This document shows, piece by piece, positions 1 to 11,795 of a DNA stretch of 64,000 nucleotides. The DNA comes from Fimbriimonadales bacterium. GTDB taxonomy: Bacteria > Armatimonadota > Fimbriimonadia > Fimbriimonadales > JABRVX01. The stretch spans positions 1 to 64,000 of the forward strand of contig BTVI01000004.1 of NCBI GenBank assembly GCA_045862955.1, in the 5' to 3' direction. Position 1 is the stretch's first letter. Every line of letters starts with the position of its first letter. The position numbers were made by a program, and so were the translations under genes. Under the pieces are notes generated by a model. That model did not search any database. It saw only the letters and a list, made by a program, of their open reading frames with translations, and was not told the origin of the DNA.

Positions 1-1
1 G

Positions 2-55
2 GTGCTCGCGGGCATCACCACTCCCGACGAAGTGGCTAGAGCGACGCTGGAGTAA
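2..55 (+). CDS. C-terminal fragment of a GspE/PilB-family secretion ATPase (partial, cut by window edge)
   Basis: Frame 2 reads VLAGITTPDEVARATLE*, matching the G-x-T-T-x-x-E-V-x-R end of GspE/PilB; lies directly upstream of a GspF/PilC gene. Confidence 0.7.
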   Translation: MLAGITTPDEVARATLE

Positions 56-58
56 CCC

Positions 59-1297
59 ATGCCTATCTACCGGTTCAAAGCATACGAGACAGGCGGGGCC
101 CGAGTGCAAGACACCATCGAGGCGTCGGACGAGCGGGACGCGCTGAGGAAACTCGCGGGGCGCGGCTTGACGGTAGCTTCCATTCAGGTCGAGGCCCAGG
201 CGCGAGCCGCAAAGGCGCGGCGGCCGACAGAGAGCTCGGCTTTCATGGGCCTGCTAGGCCCGAGGCTGAAGGCAGAAGACATTGCGGTTCTGTGCCGCGA
301 GCTCGCCATCATGATTGATGCTGGCGTGCCGATCTCCGAAGCCCTCACCTCGCTGGCGGAGACGGCCCAGCATCCAGTCATCCTGCGTGGGCTCAATGAC
401 GTGCTCGGTCAGATCCGCAATGGGGCGAGCCTGTCGGAGGCGATCCGCGCTGCACCTCGCGTGTTCCCTGGCCTCCTGGCTGACATAGTCGGCGTTGCCG
501 AGGAGGGAGGCGACCTCCCGACTGCTCTAGACACTGCGGCGACACACATCGAGCAGTCGCTCGACTTTCGTCGCAAGGTTCGCTCCGCACTCATCTACCC
601 CGTGTTGCTGCTCGGTATTTCGGTGATCACGGCGGCGGTGCTCATCACCTTCGTGTTGCCGCGGTTCACGAAGATATTCGAGAACATGGGCGTTGAGACG
701 CCTGCTACTACCCAGGCTCTGCTCCAAGTGAGCGGTTTTCTCCACGCTGCTTGGCCGTACGTGCTAGGCGGGTGCTTCGCCCTCTGGGTGCTGTGGCGCC
801 GATTGATGAAGGAGCGTGCGTTTTGCACCAGCTGGACGCGGATGCTAATGCGCCTACCCGTGGCCGGTGATCTGATGCGGAAGGTGGCCTTGGCTCGCGC
901 TCTCGCCGTTCTCAGTTCGCTGCTTGCGTGCAACGTGCCCCTGCTTCGCGCGCTCACGCACGCGGGTAAGGTCACCGGGAACCCGGTCTACGAAGACAGT
1001 TTCCTCACGATAGCCACACGTGTGGAGGGGGGACGAAGCCTTGCCGAGTCTCTTCGCGAGGCCGACGACATCCCCCACTTGATTGTACAGATGACCGCCG
1101 TCGGGGAGCGCACTGGCTCGTTGGGAACAGTCCTCGGTAGGACGGCCGCCTTCATGGAGGCCGATGTGGACAACCGGCTCCGCTCGCTCACATCCATCAT
1201 CGAGCCGCTGTTGATCGTAGGACTCGGGGCGTTCATCGGGTTCATTACGATCTCTGTCATTACGCCGATCTATTCGCTGGTGGGACAGGTGCGATGA
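59..1297 (+). CDS. Type II secretion system F family / PilC platform protein
   Basis: MPIYRFKAY start, LAIMIDAGVPI, ALIYP, MTAVGERTGSL, IIEPLLIV; two GspF repeats; 412 aa. Confidence 0.93.
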   Translation: MPIYRFKAYETGGARVQDTIEASDERDALRKLAGRGLTVASIQVEAQARAAKARRPTESSAFMGLLGPRLKAEDIAVLCRELAIMIDAGVPISEALTSLAETAQHPVILRGLNDVLGQIRNGASLSEAIRAAPRVFPGLLADIVGVAEEGGDLPTALDTAATHIEQSLDFRRKVRSALIYPVLLLGISVITAAVLITFVLPRFTKIFENMGVETPATTQALLQVSGFLHAAWPYVLGGCFALWVLWRRLMKERAFCTSWTRMLMRLPVAGDLMRKVALARALAVLSSLLACNVPLLRALTHAGKVTGNPVYEDSFLTIATRVEGGRSLAESLREADDIPHLIVQMTAVGERTGSLGTVLGRTAAFMEADVDNRLRSLTSIIEPLLIVGLGAFIGFITISVITPIYSLVGQVR

Positions 1298-1704
1298 GGG
1301 GCCGACGCGGCTTTACCCTGGTGGACGTTCTGATCGCGGTGATCATCGTGGGAGTTCTTGCGTCGGTCGTGATCCCCAAGGTTCAGGATGCACAGGTGAG
1401 GGCCAGGTACGCCGCCCGCGCGGCGCTCATCAATATCTATAGTCGCGCTGCTGCCCGGTATCAGACGGACACCGACCTGTTTCCGACCTCACTCGACGAC
1501 TTGGCTGCGACAACCCCTCCCCCTAACGGCCTGCTGCCATCGGGAGTGCGCGTGCCTCTTCGCGCGGCGCTATGGCGGGGCCCTTACGTCTCGGCGGTGC
1601 AGAACGACCCGGTTACCGGCCAGCCTTTCGTCTACGTGACATCCGGACCGGCGATTGGCACGACCAAGGCGCCGCCGGACCTAGTCCCCGCTCTGGGACT
1701 CTAG
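1294..1704 (+). CDS. GspG-like (pseudo)pilin with prepilin cleavage site and Asp at +5
   Basis: RRG|FTLVDVLIAVIIVGVLASVVIP, then FPTSLDDL and WRGPY..DP; ATGA overlap with gspF. Confidence 0.85.
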   Translation: MRGRRGFTLVDVLIAVIIVGVLASVVIPKVQDAQVRARYAARAALINIYSRAAARYQTDTDLFPTSLDDLAATTPPPNGLLPSGVRVPLRAALWRGPYVSAVQNDPVTGQPFVYVTSGPAIGTTKAPPDLVPALGL

Positions 1705-1833
1705 CGGGCAGACGGTGCGGTTGGGGGGAGCAAACCTGGAAATGATGCGGTGAAGCTATTGTGTTGGTGGCCGGGCAGAACATGGAATGCACCCAGTGTG
1801 CTCGGCAGAGCGAAAAGTAACGAGGTGCTTGCG

Positions 1834-2268
1834 ATGGCGTGGAAGAGGATTAAGAGTGGTTTCACCCTGGTCGAGGTGCTGGTGGTGGTTGTGGTGATCG
1901 CTATCCTAGCGGCGGTGGTCCTCCCGAAGTTCGTCAACTCTGGGCTCCGCGGCAAGGAAGCTGCGCTCCGGGCCGAGCTGAAGTTGATGAGGAACGCAAT
2001 CGAGATGTTCCATAACGACACGGGGGCCTGGCCTGCCAGCTTGTCGGCGCTGACAGCGACCACTGCGCCGGCAACTGGGCTCGACGACTCTGGTACGAGC
2101 AAGAGCATCGTGGCTTCACAGTGGAAAGGTCCCTATCTGGCAACGATCAACAACGATCCAGTTAGCGGAAGCGCTTATAACTACGGTACCACATCACCCA
2201 ACGTCGGAAAAGTGACATCCAGCGCTTCGGGGAACGACAGCGAGGGGAACCCCTATAGCGGGTACTAG
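1834..2268 (+). CDS. GspG-like major (pseudo)pilin
   Basis: KSG|FTLVEVLVVVVVIAILAAVVLP, WKGPYL..DP; ATG 1834 after a GAGGTG RBS (ORF-track start 1750 is too early). Confidence 0.9.
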   Translation: MAWKRIKSGFTLVEVLVVVVVIAILAAVVLPKFVNSGLRGKEAALRAELKLMRNAIEMFHNDTGAWPASLSALTATTAPATGLDDSGTSKSIVASQWKGPYLATINNDPVSGSAYNYGTTSPNVGKVTSSASGNDSEGNPYSGY

Positions 2269-2297
2269 TCCCGCAAAGGCGGCCTCGACGGTGCCGC

Positions 2298-2331
2298 AGC
2301 CGGCCACTTGAAGCGGGACAAGTGGCCGGCT
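2298..2331. terminator. 13-bp hairpin between convergent genes
   Basis: AGCCGGCCACTTG-8nt-CAAGTGGCCGGCT perfect inverted repeat between the pilin and aroF stops. Confidence 0.7.
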
Positions 2332-2352
2332 TCCGTCTGTCCCTCTTCGTTA

Positions 2353-3381
2353 TTAGGCGTCTCGGCCCACAGCCGCAGCCACGAGCGAAACCCGCCTGAA
2401 CAGCTCGCTAAGCGCAGCAGGTTCCAGCGCTTGGGCCGCATCGGAGCGGGCTTCGCGCGGGTTGGGATGCATCTCCACGATGAGCCCGTCGGCACCGCAC
2501 GCTACGGCAGCTAAGGCCATGGGCGGCACTAATCGTGCGAACCCCGTGCCGTGGCTCGGGTCCACGATCACCGGCAAGTGCGAAATCTCCTTCAATACCG
2601 GCACGGCGTTTAGATCCAGGGTGTTACGAACGTACGTCTTATCCAGCGGGTGGACGCCTCGCTCACAAAGCACCACATCCGTGGCGCCACGCGACAGCAG
2701 GTACTCCGCCGCCAATAGGAACTCGTCTATCGAGGCGCTAGGCCCGCGTTTGAGCAACACCGGGTGGCCGGATGCCCCTGCCTCGACCAGAAGCGGATAG
2801 TTCTGCATGCTTCGCGCCCCGATCTGGAGCATATCCACGTGCTCCGCTACCATCTCCACGTCGCCGGGCGACATAACCTCGCTGACGGTAGAGAGCCCGT
2901 GTGCCTTGGCGGCGTCACGCATAATCTTCAGCCCTTCCCTACCGAGGCCCTGAAAAGCATACGGGGACGTTCTCGGCTTGAACGCTCCACCCCTCAGCAT
3001 CGTCCCTCCGGCTGCCTTCACAGCTCGAGCCGCGGCCATCATCTGTTCTTCGCTCTCGACGGCGCACGGTCCGGCGATCAGGGCAAGCCGCCGGCCGCCG
3101 AACTCGGTCTGCCCTATGCGGATGACGGTGTCGACTGCGTGAAACTCCCGACTGGCCAGTTTGTAGGGACGGCTGACGTGCGTGACGTGGTCCACGCCCT
3201 CCATCACCTGCAGGGCCTCGGCAAGTGGCTCTCGCGTCTCGGTAGGAATGGCGCTGACGATGCCGATGGCCACTCGCTCGCCACCCGGCAGCCGAATCGG
3301 CACGAGGCCGTAGCTGCGTATTCGTTCCTCTACCGCGCTGACGAGGGCATCGTCAGCGCCGCGCGTCATGGCAACAATCAT
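2353..3381 (-). CDS. aroF: DAHP synthase type I-beta with N-terminal regulatory domain (copy 1)
   Basis: IAGPCAVES, GGAFKPRTSPY, QIGARSMQN, LLKRG, CERG, DPSHG; GGGGAGG RBS. Confidence 0.95.
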   Translation of the reverse strand: MIVAMTRGADDALVSAVEERIRSYGLVPIRLPGGERVAIGIVSAIPTETREPLAEALQVMEGVDHVTHVSRPYKLASREFHAVDTVIRIGQTEFGGRRLALIAGPCAVESEEQMMAAARAVKAAGGTMLRGGAFKPRTSPYAFQGLGREGLKIMRDAAKAHGLSTVSEVMSPGDVEMVAEHVDMLQIGARSMQNYPLLVEAGASGHPVLLKRGPSASIDEFLLAAEYLLSRGATDVVLCERGVHPLDKTYVRNTLDLNAVPVLKEISHLPVIVDPSHGTGFARLVPPMALAAVACGADGLIVEMHPNPREARSDAAQALEPAALSELFRRVSLVAAAVGRDA

Positions 3382-3389
3382 CGTCTAGC

Positions 3390-3731
3390 TGTCCTCCCCA
3401 TACCGAGTCCATCGGCAATTCTGCGTTGGCGGCCACGAGCACCCTGGATCCGCGCCTTTACGGGCCCAGCAATGTGCTGCGGACCAACGTGGACAATCTT
3501 CATGCCCGCGATGGCGCCTGCTGAAAAGCTCATCATGGCACCGAGACGGAGGTTCCGACTTGTGCCCTGGCGCGGTCCACAGCTTCGCTCAATGCCCTCG
3601 GGGCTGCCGACGGACGGACGCTGGCCAGGGCATAGGAGCCTCTGCAACAGGCCCGAAGGGGCGAATCCAGAAGAGCACATGCCTATGCCCTGAAGACTTC
3701 ACCTACCGACGCGGATCAGCACGCCGACACC
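3390..3731 (-). ncRNA. Candidate structured leader or intergenic RNA between eno and aroF
   Basis: 11-bp perfect helix 3626-3636/3682-3692 enclosing GCCC-GAAG-GGGC; 10-bp helix 3476-3485/3574-3583 with a G-U pair on the minus strand, enclosing further hairpins. Confidence 0.35.
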
Positions 3732-5705
<1,974 letters not shown>

Positions 5706-5712
5706 CGAGGCG

Positions 5713-6765
5713 ATGGGCAACATGAGCTCCGGTTCGGAGCAGAGGATAGTGGCACCGGAACCGCAGCTGGACGACGTGGGCGAGGGCTCGCTTCGCCCTC
5801 AGTGGTTGCGCGAGTTCATCGGGCAGGTGGAGATGAAAGAACGCCTCTCCATTTTCCTGGAGGCCGCCCGCTCACGCGGTGAGCCCCTGGACCACACTCT
5901 GCTCTACGGACCGCCCGGTCTCGGCAAGACGACTCTCGGCAACATTATCGCGCACGAGATGGGCGTGCCGGTTCGTGTAACCTCGGGTCCTGCCATCGAG
6001 CGACCAGGCGACCTGGCTTCCATCCTCACCAACCTGGAGCCAGACCAGGTGCTGTTCATTGACGAGGTTCACCGCCTACCCCGAACCGTAGAGGAAGTGC
6101 TCTATCCGGCGATGGAGGACTTCAAGCTCGACATCGTCATCGGCAAAGGCCCGAGCGCCAACGCCATACGCCTGAACTTACCGCCCTTCACAATCGTCGG
6201 CTCCACCACACGTATCGGCCTGCTCTCGGCACCGCTCCGCGACCGCTTCGGTGTGGTGTTTCACTTCGGCTTCTACGAGCCCGAGGACTTGAAGCGGATC
6301 GTCGAACGTTCGGCGGCTCTGTTGCAAGTGAAGTGCACGCCGGACGGGTCCGAGGAGATCGCGACGCGTTCACGAGGAACACCGCGCATAGCCAATCGTC
6401 TACTTAAGAGGGTGCGCGACTACGCGCAGGTGCGCGCTGACGGCGTCATCACCCGTGAAGTTGCGCAGGCAGCATTGTCCATGCTGGAGGTGGACGCAAT
6501 CGGTCTCGACCGTGTAGACAGGACGCTGTTGTCTACGATCATTCGAAAGTTCGGAGGCGGTCCGGTTGGGCTCGACACCCTCGCGGCCGCCATCAGCGAA
6601 GATGCCGGCACGATCGAAGACGTCTATGAGCCGTTTCTTATTCAGCTCGGTTTTCTAAGTCGGACGCCCCGGGGACGCTGCGCGACCCCGCACGCGTACC
6701 GACACCTGGGAGTACAGGCTCCTCCCGGAGCCGAGTCGTTGTTCGATACCGGAGATGGATCGTGA
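5713..6765 (+). CDS. ruvB: Holliday junction DNA helicase RuvB
   Basis: [54 protein letters not shown]; start may be 5722. Confidence 0.97.
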   Translation: MGNMSSGSEQRIVAPEPQLDDVGEGSLRPQWLREFIGQVEMKERLSIFLEAARSRGEPLDHTLLYGPPGLGKTTLGNIIAHEMGVPVRVTSGPAIERPGDLASILTNLEPDQVLFIDEVHRLPRTVEEVLYPAMEDFKLDIVIGKGPSANAIRLNLPPFTIVGSTTRIGLLSAPLRDRFGVVFHFGFYEPEDLKRIVERSAALLQVKCTPDGSEEIATRSRGTPRIANRLLKRVRDYAQVRADGVITREVAQAALSMLEVDAIGLDRVDRTLLSTIIRKFGGGPVGLDTLAAAISEDAGTIEDVYEPFLIQLGFLSRTPRGRCATPHAYRHLGVQAPPGAESLFDTGDGS

Positions 6766-7955
6766 GATGCACCCACTGTGGCGCGGACAACCCGGAAGAT
6801 AGCGCTTTCTGCAGAAAGTGCGGTCGGCGTCTCCTGACGCCTCGCCCTACGCAGGTCATAGACTTCGAAAAGCTGCTAAACGACGGCTACGCATCGCTGG
6901 ACGCCGGGCACACGGGCGAGGCTCTGCTCGCCGCGGAGGGCATTCTGCGCTCGGATCCCGCCAACACGTCTGCCCTCGCGCTCAAGTCTCTCGTGCACGA
7001 GCGAACCGGCGACCTCGATCAGGCGATCGACGCCCTGGAGCAGATCGTCGCACTCAATCCGGACAGCACGCCGGACCGGCGGCGTCTGCTGGAGCTGCGG
7101 GCTCGACGCGGCTACCCCGTGTACCGGACGCAGCGGCCGGTCACTCCGGCGGGTTCGCCTCTGCTCGCGGCAAGTCTCACCGCCATCGTATTCCTAGTGT
7201 GCGCGCTGGCATTCACCCTGATCGTCTTTCGTGATAGGCCAGAGCAAGCCCACGCGGGCGGCCTGAACGGCCAGCCAGCATCCACGGAGACCTCCCGTGG
7301 GTATGCTCAGGCACCGACGAACACCCAGGCTCCGCCCGTGCCTCCACAAGCCAACTACTATCGTCCTGAGCCCGCACAGCAGCCCACGACCTCGCAGCCC
7401 GTCACGGTGTCGCCCGGCCCGTCATCTCCTACTGGCGCCCTGCTGCCGCCGATCGTGCCGGTGCTCGGGAGCGGCGGCTCGGCAAACAACGAAACGAGCA
7501 GCGCCGGAGCTACCACGCAGCCTGCCGAGACGGGCAGTGCCGTGATGCCTCCTCCGCCTTCGACCGACACCCGCCCGCCGGCGCCGAGGTCCATCATCGA
7601 GGTCTCCGTCACCCCGCCCGGCGGCTCGGGGAGCACACCGGCCGGCCCGAGCCAAGACCAAGAATCGCTGAACTATCTGAGGATTGCGCAAGCGCAGCAG
7701 CAGCAGGGCGACTATGCGAAGGCAATCCAGACATACAAGAAGGCACTGCCCGGCGCGCGCTTCCCAGGCAGGATTTACCAGGCGATAGCCCTCTGCCACT
7801 ACCGGTTGGGCCAGCTGAACGAGGCGGCGGCAGCATATGAGCAGGCTATACAGGCTTACGACGCGCAGGCTCGGGCTGGACACGACGTGAACGGCGCGCA
7901 GGCAGGCATCGCTGCATGCCGCGCCGGCCTGCGCACGGTTCGAGCAGGGGGATAG
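6762..7955 (+). CDS. Zinc-ribbon + TPR membrane protein with Pro/Ser/Thr-rich linker
   Basis: CTHCG..CRKCG, N-terminal TPRs, one TM helix, low-complexity linker, C-terminal TPRs; GTGA overlap with ruvB. Confidence 0.8.
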   Translation: MRCTHCGADNPEDSAFCRKCGRRLLTPRPTQVIDFEKLLNDGYASLDAGHTGEALLAAEGILRSDPANTSALALKSLVHERTGDLDQAIDALEQIVALNPDSTPDRRRLLELRARRGYPVYRTQRPVTPAGSPLLAASLTAIVFLVCALAFTLIVFRDRPEQAHAGGLNGQPASTETSRGYAQAPTNTQAPPVPPQANYYRPEPAQQPTTSQPVTVSPGPSSPTGALLPPIVPVLGSGGSANNETSSAGATTQPAETGSAVMPPPPSTDTRPPAPRSIIEVSVTPPGGSGSTPAGPSQDQESLNYLRIAQAQQQQGDYAKAIQTYKKALPGARFPGRIYQAIALCHYRLGQLNEAAAAYEQAIQAYDAQARAGHDVNGAQAGIAACRAGLRTVRAGG

Positions 7956-7958
7956 GCA

Positions 7959-9506
7959 TTGCGACACCTCTTGTTCGCGGCGGCAGCGCTACTCGCCGCG
8001 TCAGCGGTATCAGAGCAACCGCGGCTGCTGATCCACCAAGAGCGCTCAGCGGCTTCACCAGAAACGGACCCGAACATCGCCATTGTTACCGTGCTCGAGC
8101 GGGAGTTAGACGAGACCGGCAAGGTGCTGCCCGTGATCTACTCACCGCAATCCCGCCTCGTGCAACTTGCCATCGCACAGGGCAAGCTGAAGGAGGCCTT
8201 CGCCGCACCTTCGCGACAGCAGATCTCCGACATCGCCAAGGCGCTGGAGTGCAAGTACGTACTCATCGTGGCAGCGCAGGTGGTCGGCAATGCGGTTCAG
8301 GTCTCCGGTGAGTTGCACCGACCGGGCATACGCGAACCGGTTTGGGGGCCGGTGCAGCAGAGCTTCAGCGCAGCCACCCCTGCGAAGCTGGACCTCGACA
8401 TGGCCGCCGCCTCGGCTGCCCGGACCATAGCCCTGCAGTTGGTTAACGGCCCGCTAGCCGGGGAGGAGAGCAAACCGCCACTGCCGCCTGTAGACCCGGG
8501 AACGGGTTCTGGAGCCGTCACTCCACCCGCCGACCGAGAGAACAAGCCCCTGCGCGACGCAGAGGCTGCCCTGGAGCGCGGCGACCACGCGGAGGCCGCA
8601 TCCCTTCTGCGCACTGCGGTCGACCGCGATCCGCTCAACCCCGAGATACGCGCTACGCTTTCCTCGGTGTATAGCTCGCTCGGCCTGCACGACTTATCGG
8701 TCGCTGAAGCCGTGCGTGCGAGATCGCTGATGCCGGAGGAGCGTTCCACACAGTTGGCCTATGCACGCGCCCTCATGCAGGCCGGACGGCTGCGCGAGAG
8801 CGAAGTGGCCTATCGCGAGATGCTCGACAAGGACAAAGATTGGGTCGAGGCCATGGTCGGACTGGCCGAGGTGCAGATTGCCCGCCTGCTGCCCCAGGAG
8901 GCCGAACGTCTCTACCGCCGTGCCCGGGAGCTTGCCCCGAAGGACCCGGACATCGCGTGGGGCTTGTCCGAGGTCCTCGCCATGGAGGGGGACTTTGCAG
9001 GCAGCCTGAGAGAGCGTGATGCCGCTGTGGCACTCGGCATGTCCACAGACCCTTCGGCCGCTGCCAAGCGGTATGACCGGCTGGCGGCTATCATCACGGG
9101 CCTCGCAGCGCAGCTCGCAGCCGAGACGGAGGACCTGCATGCAGAGGCGACGCGAAACCAAGAGCCGACCAACTTCGACCTGAGTGCGCGCATCGCAACG
9201 CTGCTAGGCCGAACCAACAATCTGTGCAGCTATCTCGATCAACTTCCGCCCCCCGCCGTGCATCGGCCCAGCCACTCTCGCAGGGTGCTCGGAATGAACC
9301 TGATGAGCCAAGCCATTCTCGGCATCAAACGAGGGGTAGAGCAGAACGAGAAGGACGCCCTGGACGAAGCTGTCGTCAGCCGCTCCGAGGCCGTGCGCGA
9401 ACTGCTCGAAGCGGTTCAGGCCTTCGAGAAGGAGCAGGCCGAGGAGCGCACACAAAAGCCGGGCCCCTCGGATACAAAGGAAAAGTCGCCCTACCCGGAG
9501 CGATAG
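7959..9506 (+). CDS. Secreted TPR-repeat protein
   Basis: Signal-peptide-like N-terminus, several TPR-like helical repeats; 515 aa. Confidence 0.75.
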   Translation: MRHLLFAAAALLAASAVSEQPRLLIHQERSAASPETDPNIAIVTVLERELDETGKVLPVIYSPQSRLVQLAIAQGKLKEAFAAPSRQQISDIAKALECKYVLIVAAQVVGNAVQVSGELHRPGIREPVWGPVQQSFSAATPAKLDLDMAAASAARTIALQLVNGPLAGEESKPPLPPVDPGTGSGAVTPPADRENKPLRDAEAALERGDHAEAASLLRTAVDRDPLNPEIRATLSSVYSSLGLHDLSVAEAVRARSLMPEERSTQLAYARALMQAGRLRESEVAYREMLDKDKDWVEAMVGLAEVQIARLLPQEAERLYRRARELAPKDPDIAWGLSEVLAMEGDFAGSLRERDAAVALGMSTDPSAAAKRYDRLAAIITGLAAQLAAETEDLHAEATRNQEPTNFDLSARIATLLGRTNNLCSYLDQLPPPAVHRPSHSRRVLGMNLMSQAILGIKRGVEQNEKDALDEAVVSRSEAVRELLEAVQAFEKEQAEERTQKPGPSDTKEKSPYPER

Positions 9507-9605
9507 GGCGACTGCTTAGATACCTTTCGGTACCTCGCATGGGAAAAGGAGGACATGCGCACCTATTGAACGTTCGTTTCGCCGCCTGGGTTCCCAACTG
9601 CCCGC

Positions 9606-10520
9606 TTATGGCCCGATGATCTCGCGCACTGCATCGTCCGCATACGGTGGCGCGCCTTCCGGCGCAGTGCTAGGCCTGAGCTCCAGGACCTCCCGGCTTC
9701 GTAGGGCCTCTGGCACGGACGTTGCCGTGTGCGCCCGCAAAAGCCGCCTGTCGTCACCGCCGACGGTGTGCCCTGGCAGGATTGTCTGGCCTGCGATCAC
9801 ATAGGACGCCATTCCCAAGAGAAAGCTGACAGCCTGCGCCTTGCTGCTCTCGTGGCGAAGTAGCACTGCCAGTTCCGGCTTGCCGAACCGATACAGTCCC
9901 AAGGTGGCCGCCCAGTAGCCCGGCCAGGACTCGCTGGGCAGAATCGGCACCGTGCAATAGAGCAGCGCCGGGTGCTCGCGTGCGCTCGCCTCGAGTTGCG
10001 TCCACTCCCCGGCTTCCCACCAACGATTCACGCCCACGTCTCTCATTACCCCCGCACCCTGAACGGCAATGCGGTCTCCGAGACGATACATGAGGTTGCG
10101 CGCCGACTTTGGGTCCGGACCACTTTCCGAGATACGGAGCGCTGCGATGACGGGCTCACGCTCCAGGATCGAGGCAACTCTCCGGCCCACTCCACTGCTC
10201 GCGTCGGGAGCGTTGTCGCGCATCTCCTGCACGGCACCCGCTACGGTGTCTAGGGGCGCGACTCGCATGGCAAGCGCAGTCTTGCGGTCTGTCGTTACGA
10301 CACCGAACTCGCCATTCGCTAATCTCGCGTGGAACAGGTCAATCTGCTGCGGTGTCTTGTCGAGGGGCACGATGTAGCCGGGGATCGCGCCATTGGAACC
10401 TGCCTTGTTCGCGATGGAGAGCAGTGGCGGAGCCTCCGCGCTGGGGTAGATGACCGCGATGCCCCACTCTTCCTTTCGGAACGTTTCCTTCGCTCTCCGT
10501 GCTCTGGATAACGGCCACAT
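9606..10520 (-). CDS. Hypothetical protein (C-terminal DUF4261-like segment)
   Basis: 304-aa ORF coupled to the upstream GT4 stop; TLGLYRFGKPEL..ASYVIAG..GHTVG resembles DUF4261. Confidence 0.6.
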   Translation of the reverse strand: MWPLSRARRAKETFRKEEWGIAVIYPSAEAPPLLSIANKAGSNGAIPGYIVPLDKTPQQIDLFHARLANGEFGVVTTDRKTALAMRVAPLDTVAGAVQEMRDNAPDASSGVGRRVASILEREPVIAALRISESGPDPKSARNLMYRLGDRIAVQGAGVMRDVGVNRWWEAGEWTQLEASAREHPALLYCTVPILPSESWPGYWAATLGLYRFGKPELAVLLRHESSKAQAVSFLLGMASYVIAGQTILPGHTVGGDDRRLLRAHTATSVPEALRSREVLELRPSTAPEGAPPYADDAVREIIGP

Positions 10521-11653
10521 CAGCGTCCACCCCGCCTCGAGCGCGGCGCAGCAGCCTCGTCGAGGACTTGGCCGTATCCGGCTATCATGATTTCCCGAGT
10601 GTAGCGTTGTTCGACGACGCGGCGTCCCGCCGCTCCCATCTGAACGCGGAGTTTTTGGTCCGCTAGGAGCTTGGTGACATGCGCGGCCATCGTTTCCACA
10701 TCTCCCCGCGGCGAGACGAAGCCGTTGACCCCATGCTCCACCATGTCACGCACGCAACCCACGTCTGTAGCACACACGGGCACGGCGCAGGCCATCGCTT
10801 CGAGCAGCACCTGTGGGAATGCCTCGAGGTCGCTCGTGAGCAACTGTATGTCGAAAGCAGCCACCATTGGGGCGACATCCCGCACGGCCCCGTGAAAAGT
10901 TACGCTAGCACCGAGGCCCAGATCGGCACACAGTCTACGCAGGTATTCCATCCGAGTGCCATCACCGGCTACGTGGAAGCAAACCCCAGGGTGAGCCCCG
11001 AGAACCGACCTAGCGACGCGTAGGAACATCTCGTGGTTCTTCTCCGACCTGAGGGCGCCCACGATGCCGACATGCAAAGCATCCGGGTCGAACCCGGCGG
11101 CAGCCCGAGCCGCCTCCTTCGCGCCGGGAGGAGCGAAGCGCGAGATATCCACTCCCACCGGTACGATGCTGACCCTGTCTGGCCGTGCGCCATCGTTGCG
11201 CACCACGTAGTCTTTGTGGGTCTCGGAGAGACAGATGATGGTGCTTGCAACCGGAAGCGCCATCTTCTTCGACAGCCAGGACCGGCGACTCCCCTCGTAG
11301 TGGCCCATCGAATGAACTCCGATGACCAGCGGCGGCCCATGCCGCAGACGCCTCAACGCGCCCGCCCAGAAGAGTGGCAACGTGGAATCGGTTACGTGGA
11401 GCACGTCCGGCTTCTGCTGACGAACGAGCCTCCTCAGGCGGAGATAGATAGCCGGATCTAGCCGCACCTTCGCTAAGTGAGCCGTTACCGGATAGCCCGC
11501 CTCCCGAAGCAGGGCCCCCACCGGCCCTTCATCGTAGAGGGTAGCGAACGAGAAGCTGAACCGCTCGCCGGAGAGGCCGCGGGCGACGGTTTCGATGACA
11601 CGTTCGGCCCCGCCGAAGGGCATCCGAGCATGGAGCGACAGCACCCGAATCAC
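10520..11653 (-). CDS. Glycosyltransferase family 4
   Basis: GGAERV, VGALRSEKNH, EAFPQVLLEAMACAVP..TDVG; GTG start 11653 just after TATAAT. Confidence 0.92.
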   Translation of the reverse strand: MIRVLSLHARMPFGGAERVIETVARGLSGERFSFSFATLYDEGPVGALLREAGYPVTAHLAKVRLDPAIYLRLRRLVRQQKPDVLHVTDSTLPLFWAGALRRLRHGPPLVIGVHSMGHYEGSRRSWLSKKMALPVASTIICLSETHKDYVVRNDGARPDRVSIVPVGVDISRFAPPGAKEAARAAAGFDPDALHVGIVGALRSEKNHEMFLRVARSVLGAHPGVCFHVAGDGTRMEYLRRLCADLGLGASVTFHGAVRDVAPMVAAFDIQLLTSDLEAFPQVLLEAMACAVPVCATDVGCVRDMVEHGVNGFVSPRGDVETMAAHVTKLLADQKLRVQMGAAGRRVVEQRYTREIMIAGYGQVLDEAAAPRSRRGGR

Positions 11654-11795
11654 GCCAGCATTATAGACGCCTGCTCCAGTGTCGCGCGAAAGGGCTCCAT
11701 TCTCATCCCTCACCTCCAATTCGGCCCCGAAGGGCTGCTTTCGGCAGCCTCCACAGGGTAGAATAGGTATACGAACTTCAACAGGAGTGAACAGC

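Noticed and set aside
3570..3583. T-box antiterminator upstream of aroF (GTGGACCGCG)
   Set aside because: One base short of UGGNACC, and no stem I, specifier loop or terminator recognised
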